Shown piece by piece: positions 53,252 through 64,000 of a DNA stretch of 64,000 bases. Each line of letters starts with the position of its first letter. Positions within the stretch are counted from its first letter, which is position 1. The DNA comes from Eledone cirrhosa (lineage: Eukaryota): contig OZ024741.1 of assembly GCA_964016885.1 (NCBI GenBank), positions 125,364,001 to 125,428,000 of the forward strand. Direction: 5' to 3'. The translations under genes and the position numbers were made by a program. Below the pieces are notes generated by a model. The model was not told the DNA's origin and did no database searches. It worked only from the letters and a program-made list of their open reading frames with translations.

Positions 53252-53776
53252 TCTATATATGTATATATATAAAACTGAGGAAGGATGGATGTATGTGTGT
53301 GTGTGTGTGCGTGTGTGTGTGTGCGCGCGCGTGCGTGTGTGCATGTGAAACCTGAGAAGTACCCAACCGATCTTTTTCAAACTTTACATGTGTATTACTT
53401 ATATTTCAGGGTGTTATGCACATTAAACAAATTCAACTTTTTGATCCCCTGGGGCCCGCATTAGGTGAAAAACTGCGTTTTTTCCAGCTTTTTAGGGCTT
53501 TTTTGAGGCGTTACGTCTACCGATTTTCCCGAAATTTCAAGGCTATTTATGCACATAAAACAAAATTCATTTTCTTGATCCCCTAGGGCCCGCATTTGGT
53601 GAAAACCTGCCTTTTTCCAGCTTCATCGAGGAAAATCTTAGATTATCCAGCCATCAGAGTATTCGGTTTATTTTCTTTACATATTGTCCAGGCATGCAGT
53701 TTTTCAATGATTAGGTCTGTTGGCAGCCCATGTTCCAAAATATATTATCCCGTGCAACGCCGGCTACCACTGCTAG
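53252..53776 (+). mobile_element. Non-autonomous Helitron
   Basis: 5' A|TCTATATAT, internal (GT)n, imperfect subterminal GC hairpin CCCGtgcaacgCCGG, 3' CTAG|T. A second 5' end at 52415 precedes the (GCGT)n array. Confidence 0.75.
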
Positions 53777-54300
53777 TACTACATATAACAATAAGCCAGC
53801 TATAGCTAATTACGGGTCAATATTCAACTTTATTCTGAATCACTCAGTGTTAGAGACAGTTGGCATACAACATTAACAAGAAAAGGAAAGGAGCTGATCG
53901 TTAGCTCAGGCCAAAAGAAAGAAAAATGATTTCATTGTTCTTTACATTGCAGAAGTTATCTGACAGTTGCAGAAGCAGCAACATGAAATGAAATATTTTG
54001 TTCAGAAACACAACAAACTGTCCAGATCAGTAATCATACCCATGACCTTATGATTGAGAGAGTCCAACACCTTAACCACTTAAAAGGCCACGTGCTTTTA
54101 TTGTAAAGCCAACAGGATCTGGCACACAAATCATAATAACTAGCTGGTTGCAATGACAGATTTTGAGAAATAAGTGTTGGATAGCTTTTGGCAGAAATAA
54201 AACAAAATCCTACTATATAGCTGTTGGCTATGAATAGTGTAGAGAAGTGTCATATCTTAAGAAAGGAAAGATGAAGAGAGGATGGCAGGAGGGGGGGGGT

Positions 54301-54450
54301 GAAGAAGAAGAAGAAGAAGAAGAAGAAGAAGAAGAAGAAGAAGAAGAAGAAGAAGAAGAAGAAGAAGAAGAAGAAAAGAAAAAGAAAAAGAAAAAAAGAA
54401 AAAGAAAAAGAAGAAAAAGAAAAAGAAGGAGAAGGAGGAGGAGGAGGAGA
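54301..54450. repeat. (GAA)n / purine-rich tract
   Basis: Directly visible. Confidence 0.97.
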
Positions 54451-55134
54451 AACAACAGCCTTGGGCGTTATTGTCATTTGTGGACAGCATTTAATATTAG
54501 CATTACTATTGTTGTTTAAAAAAAAACACAATGGTAAAAATAAAATCATAATTATCACTATCATTATCATTATTTCTTTAAATAATCCAAGAGTTTTGAA
54601 AGATCAGCACGAGACGTAAATGGTAAAAAGAAAAGAAAAGGAGGGGTTAGTTTTGAACAGCTGTTGACTAAGAGGGGACAAAGGACAAGATGATGAGCTG
54701 CGAAATTTCAAAGGATTTGATAGCTGGCCAGTCTTCTTATCATTTTTGTTTTTTCTTGGGGATGGGGAATGGGGGGGGTAATTGTATTGTTGTTCAAGCT
54801 CCCCCACCCCCATCACCCCATCCACCCTGCAATAAATTGGTTTGTTTAGTTATAATACACTGTCATTATCAACAGAGTGAACAAGAATCAACAATTTGAA
54901 AGACAACATCAAGAGATTTATAACAAAGGGCATTCTTAAATAAGGACACAAATCTATTGTTTATGTGTGGCTATAGGTGGATATATATATATATATAATT
55001 AATACTAGGCATATATATATATCATCATTGTTGTTTTAATGTCAATATGTATATATATTTCCCCTTCTTTACCCTATTCCATATAAAGCGTGAAACTAAT
55101 AAGACTTTTTGCATCTCTGTTTGTTGTTTCTTTG

Positions 55135-55200
<66 letters not shown>

Positions 55201-55262
55201 ACATAAATATAAGCAGACAGTTTTTACATATCTCTTACTCATATGATGTAGTAGGGAAAGAG

Positions 55263-55298
55263 TCTTTACGTTTCAGACACTAGTCCTTCATCAGAAGA
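55263..55298 (-). ncRNA. Minimal type I hammerhead (dimer-type, loopless ACGU stem III)
   Basis: UCUU-CUGAUGA-A-GGAC-UAGU-GUCU-GAAAC-GUA-AAGA. Confidence 0.72.
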
Positions 55299-55415
55299 TA
55301 GAATGAGAAATAAAAGATGAAATAGAAAGAATGAGAGTGGGAAGAGGAAGGGACAGAAAGTTTTTTTGAAAAACAACACGTGTATTCAGTCAGCCATTAT
55401 ATATATATATATATA

Positions 55416-56226
55416 TCATCATCATCACTGTTTTACGTCCATTCTTCCACCTAACATGGGTTAGACGAGTTGTCCTGTTGTGGGAAATGCCAGGTCGGGT
55501 GACCATGTCTTGCTCATACGGAACTTATTTGGGCTTGATTTCTACAGCTGGATGCCCTTCCTAACACCACCCTCATTTACAGTGAGTACTGGGTGCTTTT
55601 TTACCGTGGCGCCTACACTACCACTTTACAGTGTCGACTGGGTGATTTTTGTCGTGACACCTCCATGACCACTTTACAGTGGGAGAGGGTGGGGGCATAC
55701 TGTCTATATGCTTCAGCTTCAGCTTGTACATATGGGAAGTAGAGTGTTCTGTATTACTGCGTAACGCCAGAGGTCTCAGTCCTGTGTCATAGCCTTTGAG
55801 AGGAGCAATTGGGCAAGATCAGCTTTTATCACCTCATCCCAGGTCTTCTTGGGTTTCCCCACTCCAAGGCTTCCAACTTTTAGTGCTCTGTACCTTTTTA
55901 TGCAGCTATCATCCTTCATATGCATCACATGTCCATACCTCCTCTCCTGCACACAGCATTTGATCCCTCTTATGTTTAGTCTCTCTCAATTCTTTTATGC
56001 TTTGCCGTTCGCGTATATTACTATTACATGTCCATCAGAGCATGCAAGCTTCATTTCTTTCTAATCTACGCAAGTTTTCTACACACAATGCTCAGGTTTC
56101 TCTACCATGTAGCATTGCTGTTCATATACACACATCATACAGTCGGCCTTTCATTTCAAGGGAAAAGCCTTTCGCAGCTAGCAGTAGCTCCCTGAACTTC
56201 TTCCATCCCATTCTTACCCTGGTTAC
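55416..56226 (-). mobile_element. Second, more decayed copy of the same RTE LINE
   Basis: Collinear with the reverse complement of about 35290-36120, with small deletions. Confidence 0.85.
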
Positions 56227-56228
56227 TG

Positions 56229-56264
<36 letters not shown>

Positions 56265-56442
56265 ATACATATAATCTTATAGCGATTCTTTCTAATGTCA
56301 ATTCTCAATATGTCGTACATTGTCAGACATCTTAACATGAAAATCAACAGAAGTAATCATGTTTAAATATGCTTGCTTACTTCTGTCAATTTTCATAATA
56401 CTCTTATATTTTCCACTCCAAGGGACATTTATACTCATTTGT

Positions 56443-56531
56443 TTATTCCTGATGAGATTGGTGAAAATTAATCAATCGACATGTAAATATTATCGATTAT
56501 ATTTTTCGTTAACGAAATGTACGTCAAATAA
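56443..56531 (+). ncRNA. Type I hammerhead motif with long stem II
   Basis: UUAUUC-CUGAUGA-GAUUGGUGAAAA...UUUUCGUUAAC-GAAA-U-GUAC-GUC-AAAUAA; the first stem I pair is mismatched. Confidence 0.58.
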
Positions 56532-57063
56532 TAGATGGTTCTGTGGAGAGATGATGTGCTGAGAAGTATCTTTCCAACCCATTCAAGCATGGAACAACGG
56601 ACATAAAATGATGATATATATGTGTATGTATATATATATATATATATGTGTGTGTGAGTTACGACAGCTGACCTCTTGCCGTTTCAACAGCTAGTTCCTG
56701 ACTCATTCATATAACCATACTCTACTACCCCAAGTATTGAGTACTCTGTTGAGTAATGTTCTAACCAGTTTCTAACTGAATCCATCCTGGTTTAGATATA
56801 TATATATATATGACTGCAGCTAAGGCGTTTCATATGAATTTGCACTAATGAAATACTGCTACACCCATGGTTTCATCATCTTCAGAGATGTAGTAAAGGC
56901 GGGAGCAATCATGGTTCTTTAGTCACCTGTGCTGATGTGTTGTCAGTGCCTGGGTGTGGGGTCTTGTTTTTTTGTTTTTGTTGCTGGATTGAAAAGTCAC
57001 CTAGTAGGGTGTGGACTTGCAAGAATGATTGAGATTTATCATCTGGCAAGACAGTAATCGTCC

Positions 57064-57188
57064 TATATATATCATTATATATAACATCATCATTATATAT
57101 AACATCATCATTATATATAACATCATTATATATAACATCATCATTATATATAACATCATTATATATAACATCATTATATATAACATTA
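57064..57188. repeat. 15/18-bp minisatellite (CATCATTATATATAA)
   Basis: Directly visible. Confidence 0.9.
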
Positions 57189-57356
57189 GGAAGAATGTTT
57201 GGAACACGGCGAGAGAAGTTAAGAATTGAAATAGAAACTTCACCATAATATTTTTTACTATACAATGTAGTCTAATAATGGGGCATATAAACCCATTGAA
57301 CAGAAAAAGATGGATATCAGCACACATTCAGTGGGTTTATACACCCTATTATTAAG

Positions 57357-57737
57357 GATGGTGAAGTGGCAGTATCAGTAGAGCATCAGGCACCTGCTTT
57401 GCAGCATAGAGTTATGGCCCTTTAGATTCTGAGTTCAAATCTGCCAAGGTTAACTTTGCCTTTCATCCTTACGGGGTTGATAAAATAAAGTACCAGTAAT
57501 GCACTGGGGTATTGCTGGCCTTGTGCCAAAAGTAGAATTTCATTTTAAGGAGGTGGATCGGCAGTATCGGTAGAAGGTTGGACACCATGCTTTGCGGCAT
57601 AGAGTTACAGCCCTTTACGGTCTGAGTTCAAAGCTCACCGAGGTTAACTTTGCCTTTCATCCTTATGGGGTTGATAAAATAAAGCACCAGTAATGCACTG
57701 GGATAATTGTTGGCCTTGTGCCAAAAGTAGAAACAAT
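57357..57737 (+). mobile_element. Two tandem SINE family 1 copies
   Basis: Full-length matches. Confidence 0.85.
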
Positions 57738-58889
57738 TATTAGGCTATATTATAGTAAAAAATATAACAGCAAAGCTTCTATGTCTATTTCAATTCTATT
57801 TAACCCTTTAGCATTCACATTACTCTATATATACTATTATATTTTCATGGTAAATGCTTTATCTCGCATAATTATCTCACATAATATCGAATCTATGAGA
57901 TCTTGAAAGTATTTATTTTGAGAACAATACCTTAACATCAGTTTGAGTGACCAGTTACAGCCAGTTTCAACAGAAAAAGGTAGAGAATTCTGGCCGGTTT
58001 TGGCCGGTTTGAACATTAAAACATTAGTTTTCCCTGCAAGCAAGAATTGGATGTGTCTTTACAAACTGAGTCAGTACACAAGCAAAGCTCCTGACCTCTC
58101 AGATGGGTTGGAGGTATGCATTTCACTTATATAAGGAAGGTGTCATTTCTTAAACACAACTGAAGGGTCCTCCCAACCTTTTCTTTGGCTAACTTTCTTT
58201 AGAGAGGTTGTCATAACTGAAGAGACATCTTGACCATTTTTGGTATGTTTTCTACAGTAGGGTACCCTTCCTATCACCAACAATCTTACAGGGGGCTTTT
58301 TTGTAGCAACAGCAGTTGACAGATCGTCAGGTCAGTTATTCCCAAAACTGAAGACCCCACTTTGCTCTGTGGAAGAGAGAGGGAAGGTAAGTTTGATGAT
58401 ATGAATGTATTGGCAAGTGTGATGTGATTTGAAAGGGAGATGTGTAAGATAGTAGGGCTGAACTCCGAAAATGTAGTGGGTAGGCACAGGTGTGTCAAGA
58501 TGTTTTGAGGGAGATGTAGTGAAGGTGAGAGTAGCTAAGGTGAAAGTGATAGGGGACATGGATGGAGTGGTTGATAACATGAAGGATTTTGCATAGGTTA
58601 GGCAGGTTATCACATTCTGGGATTAGACAAGTCTGCTGACTGTATGTTGCTCATATTTTCCATTCTGTAATGTAATGTTCAAAGTATGACAAAATTTTGT
58701 ATATAACAATGAAAAAAGAAACAAGCTCAACAACGATGACAATAACAACAACAATGGCAATAAAAACAACAAAGAGACACAGCAACAGCAACAATGATAA
58801 CAACAATACTTTTTATATAAGAAATAATAGAAGAAAAGTGAAGCGGAAGTTTCTGGTCAACCAGAAGAATCCAGCTTGTTAGAGAAAGG

Positions 58890-59008
<119 letters not shown>

Positions 59009-59753
59009 CATACAGTTCTCTCTCTCTCTCTCTTATATATATATATGTCACGTGTATATATATATACTGGTATGTGGTAGCAACCTATAATTAGTGGAAA
59101 AACTTTTGGACAAATGTCTTCGCATGACATTCATGTGGCCAACTAGTAATTGATTGATATAGAAAAGAAAAGGTGGGGGGAGGTTAGAGGAAAGAGAGAG
59201 AGAATGTGGGAGAGATAGAGAGAAAAAACAAGAGAGAGGAGGGAGACAAAGAAACAAAACAATAGTATGACAACAACAATGTACTAACATCATTTAATAG
59301 ATCCTTTATAAGCTGGCATGGGTTAGACAGGTAATATAGTAAACTCTGGAAAGCATATACATATATAAACACATCATATATACATATATATATATATACA
59401 TCATCATATATACACATATATTTACACACACATACATACATATATACACATACATCATATATATATATTTACTTCATTCCTCTACACACTACAGTCTCAT
59501 ACATACCATGCATCTCAACGTACACCCACTTACATCTCTCTCTCCACCACCGGATCTTGTTACCCGGAGATTTACCCATCTGCATTGTCGAGGCTTCCAA
59601 ACGACTTAAAGATATTTACCTATTATTCCACAATGCTTCAAGCAAACTTCAATACTCTCTTATATATATATATATATATATAGTAATAATAATAAATTTG
59701 AAGACTAAAATCCAAAGTGGGCTCGATAAGGATAAATATATATCAAATATATT

Positions 59754-59808
59754 AGAGTTTCAGAAGATCCCGTTAGGGGTGAAAGCAGCGATTCTTTGCT
59801 TAAACTTT
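59754..59808 (+). ncRNA. Hammerhead-like motif with CAGAAGA (U4A) core
   Basis: AGAGUUU-CAGAAGA-U-CCC-GUUAG-GGG-U-GAAA-GCAG...UUG-CUU-AAACUUU; second copy at 53184-53234. Confidence 0.55.
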
Positions 59809-59817
59809 AATCTGTTA

Positions 59818-59885
<68 letters not shown>

Positions 59886-60405
59886 CACAAACACACACAC
59901 ACACATACACATATGTTTGGATATAACTTTATTTTTAATAAAGTGAAGCCCAATGTATTATTAGAGTCAATAGCATGCAGGAATACAAGTCACTTTATAG
60001 GAATATGCCCCTCTACTATGCAACTGAGCCTCTAGTGCTTATAATATACTATTCTCTGCTTATACAAATCAGCTGCTCAATTTTTCTTTTTATTTGTTCC
60101 CTTCCCATTTCAAAAGCGTTCTTGTACTTTTTTTAATTTATATTCTTCTGGATGTATTAAGTAACTCAAGTCATCTATCTATTCTTTCCTAATAAAATGG
60201 AGATTTTGGTCTGAATGTTATTTAAAATAGTAATTATTAATTGTTTGACTGATTAATTAATTGATTCTATGTACACTGGAACTACATTTATCTCCATAGA
60301 AACAATTCTTGAAATTAAAGATGGAATTTGAAACATCTTCGTTTTCATTTAGTATTATTTATATATATACGCGCGCGCGTGCACACACACACACGTGTGT
60401 GTGTA

Positions 60406-60464
<59 letters not shown>

Positions 60465-60528
60465 GCGAGGGTTTTTTTTACAAAATGAAAAATAACCGAG
60501 GTGTCCAACACGAGTGAAAGTATAAAGA

Positions 60529-60779
60529 AAAAAAGATGAAATCGAAAATGCAACTGGAGTCTTATTTTTTTTAAATATATTTATTTGGTTCCTTTACCGG
60601 TTTTGCAGTTCTTCTGCTTTTCAAAAGTAGAGTTGAGATGGAGGGTCTGTGGTTAAAAACCACAGACCCTCCATCAACTCTACTTTTGAAAAGCAGAAGA
60701 ACTGCGAAACCGGTAAAGGAACCAAATAAATATATATATTTTTTAAAAAATAAGACTCCAGTTGCATTTTCGATTTCAT

Positions 60780-60786
<7 letters not shown>
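60529..60786. repeat. Near-perfect palindrome of about 258 bp (head-to-head Penelope-like LTR fragments)
   Basis: Arms of about 125 bp centred near 60655, differing by a few small indels and a substitution. Confidence 0.92.
60683..60718 (+). ncRNA. Minimal hammerhead, U3-A8 core variant
   Basis: CUU-UUGAAAA-GCAG-AAGAA-CUGC-GAAAC-CG-GUA-AAG; the inverted twin at 60592-60627 has GAAA changed to AAAA. Confidence 0.65.
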
Positions 60787-60816
<30 letters not shown>

Positions 60817-61233
60817 ATACATATATATATATTTATCGATTATATGGATTTGTGTCGTTCGGAGATGGTCCAGGTATGAAAAACCTTTTTGTATAAATCA
60901 TTATTTTGTTGTATGGATAGTTTGTGCCTTTGGTTGGTTATCTTGGTGTCACATTTTATAACTACAGTGTTTAACTCTAGACCTAATGTTTGTTTTTAAC
61001 TTTCAATCCATTGAGTGTTCTGTGATTGCCTCAAACCAAATAAAATTATACATGCTGTACTGCAGCTAAAGTTTGATTTCACAAATAGTATATATATATA
61101 TATATATACCATAAAGAGAGACAAACAGATAGATACATACATGCATTCAAATCACAAGGAAGAAAAAAATATTTTCCTTCAGTTACTTTGACTATAAGGG
61201 ACTAATGTGAGTTTTTAACTCAATATATACTTT

Positions 61234-61304
<71 letters not shown>

Positions 61305-61546
61305 TATATATATATCCAGGGAGTGTAACGTGGAGTTACTGTAGGTTCACCCAGCTTTTGATTCCAGAGTCAGGCCAGATCAAACCTTGAGCTGATCATG
61401 CTCACCCCCACCCCACCCATCACATATGCCAAAACATCCCTCATAGCTAAACCACAAATCAAAACTACATAAATTGACCACCATATGAACGCAAAAGTTA
61501 AAAATGTACATTCCTTATATGTTCATTGTGTCATTTCAACAGCAGA

Positions 61547-61631
61547 GGTCTGACGAGCTTTTGATTCGAGAGTCGGGCCAGATCGATTCAGATTGAACCT
61601 AGAGCTGATCAATAGCGAAACATGCGTCACC
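61547..61631 (+). ncRNA. Type I hammerhead ribozyme, canonical core, long stem II
   Basis: GGU-CUGACGA-GCUUUUGAU...AUCAAUAGC-GAAA-C-AUGC-GUC-ACC. Confidence 0.8.
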
Positions 61632-61668
61632 AATCAATAAACGTAATGAAGGGTTAACAAATAGTCCT

Positions 61669-61845
61669 GGGGGATTGGTAGAGGGTCGGACGCCATGCTT
61701 TGCAGCATAGAGTTACGCCCCTTTATGGCGTGAGTTCAAATCCCACTGAGGTTAACTTTGCCTTTCATCCTTACAGGGTCGATAAAATAAAGTACCAGTA
61801 ATACACTGGGATAATTGCTGGCCTTGTACCTAAAGTAGAAACAAT
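61669..61845 (+). mobile_element. SINE family 1
   Basis: Near full-length match with (ATT)n tail. Confidence 0.85.
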
Positions 61846-62021
61846 TATTATTATTATTATTATAGACTACCAGACAAAGCAGTCACTGCAACTTCTGTGT
61901 CATTGCCACCTTAATCTTCAGAATATATATCTTACACTCTAGTCACATGTATTGAATTCTCATTCAGTTAATGCTTAAATGTTTAATGTACACTGGTATT
62001 TAGAATAACCACTTCAGTGTG

Positions 62022-62071
<50 letters not shown>

Positions 62072-62114
62072 AATAACAGGAGGCTGGTCTGGTGTAATTC
62101 CTTAAAGGTTTATT

Positions 62115-62172
62115 ATACTATGAACATTTCAATGATCGGGTTCAGTATGAATCCGGTGACATCATCAGGTAT
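62115..62172 (-). ncRNA. Type I hammerhead motif (copy of the 15651 family)
   Basis: AUAC-CUGAUGA-UGUCACCGGAUUCAUACUGAACCCGAUCAUU-GAAA-U-GUUC-AUA-GUAU. Confidence 0.58.
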
Positions 62173-62240
62173 TCAAAATTTAACAAAGGAATATAATCCA
62201 TGGAGCTGAAAAGGCAGATTGATAAGAAGGCGGCCACCCA

Positions 62241-62278
<38 letters not shown>

Positions 62279-62487
62279 TCGACTTTCGTCAAATCAGACC
62301 GAGGAAACAACATTTCAATTGGTATTTCCAATTGCTAATACTATATATCAGTCACAACTCCAGGTAGAAGGAGCAACGTGAAATAAAGTGTCTTGCTCAA
62401 GGATATAACGCATCGCCCGGTCCGGGAAACAAACTCACAACCTCATGATTGTGAATCCAATTCTCTAAAACCACTAAGCCACACACC

Positions 62488-62526
<39 letters not shown>

Positions 62527-63726
62527 GTAAGTATACATTTGTATACGTACATACATATATGTATACTTACATACATATATGTATACAGACGTACAGTAGT
62601 ATGTATATATATACATACATGCACACATATATATATGCACGTATCCTTTTACCAAACATTTATTATAATGTTCGGTTTGTTTGTAAACAAACAAACAGCC
62701 CAAATTATATGTGTGCATGTATATATATATATGTACATACTACTGTACGTCTGTATACATATATGTATGTACGTATACATACATACATACTTACATTTAA
62801 GTAACTGCCGTACTAAGAGTGAGAAATGAAATTTCGTTTCATTCTATTCCATTTATATAGATATATATATAAATATTATATATGGAGGCACATATGGAGG
62901 CACATGGCTTAGTGGTTAGAGCATTGGCCTTGCAATCGAAAGGTTGTGAGTTCAATTCTCAGACCGGGTGATGTGTTGTTTCCTTGAGCAAGACTCTTTA
63001 TTTCACATTGCTCCAGTTTACTCAGCTGTAGAAATGAGATGATAGGGACTGGGGTCCCTATCATTCCACTGTAAAGTGGACGTGTAGGTGCCACGGCAAA
63101 AAAGCACCCAGCACTCACTGTAAATGAGGTTGGTGTTAGGAAGGGCATCCAGCTGTAGAAATCAAGCCAGAATCAGTTCCCGTCCCACCCTTGCAAGCAG
63201 GGAAAAAAAAAGCGGACGTAAAATGAATATAATATATATACGTCTAACCCATGTTAGCATGGAAGATGGACGTTAAATGAAGATGATGAAGATGATGATG
63301 ATGATATATATATATCACCATTATCATCATTTAAAGTCCACTGACCCCGCTAGCAAAGGTTCACCAGGTCTTCATGTACTGAAGCAGGACTACAGACATT
63401 CCAGACAGGTCGCATGTTCCCATCTCGCTTACATATGTTTCCAAGTCCTGAGTGTAGTTATCATGGCACCACTACTAGAGAGATTGTCATGTCTTTGACT
63501 CAACTTGCAACAACCACTATATCACTATCACCAACCACTTTACAGTGTGTACTGTGAGTGTTTATTGAGTAGATCACCAACACTACACTTTGACAAACCT
63601 GCAAAGTCCTCCCAACCCTTTGTTTGGCAAGCTTTCTACAGCTGGATGCCCTCCCTATCACTAACCATTTTACATCATGTGTATGTATATATACATATAT
63701 ATATATATACACAAACATACATACAA

Positions 63727-63788
<62 letters not shown>

Positions 63789-64000
63789 TAGTACCAGTGC
63801 CAAAAATTGAGAAATTGAGGAATTATTGGGAGGGGGGGGGGGGGAGTCAATTAACCAGGAAGTCTTTAAATAAAGATATACTTGTGTCTGTGTGTGTCTG
63901 TGTGTGTGTGTATATATGTATATATATTCACTCTCTGCTACTCCCCCCTATCTCACTTCCTCCTGTCTGAAATCCTTTTCTCGCTCACATCTCACCCAGG

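Overview
AT-rich, microsatellite-dense eukaryotic DNA. The repeat content suggests a coleoid cephalopod such as Octopus; this is an inference. The minus strand carries 16 hand-traced, phase-consistent GT-AG exons (40368 down to 15148; 2140 nt, about 713 codons) of an SLC12 Na-K-2Cl cotransporter (NKCC/SLC12A2-like). The N-terminal and final C-terminal exons were not found in the window. The introns hold tRNA-derived SINEs, RTE, CR1, R4/Dong and Penelope-like fragments, non-autonomous Helitrons, MITEs and mini/microsatellites. The main result is about a dozen hammerhead-ribozyme motifs in Penelope-like relics. Two diverged 71-nt copies (24949-25019 and 40851-40921) contain all hammerhead core elements in a non-circularly rearranged order, with a canonical kink-turn and two pseudoknots. 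All 13 substitutions in paired positions between these copies preserve pairing. This is a candidate new ribozyme architecture. All structures were folded by eye and none has been tested. Repeat boundaries are approximate.
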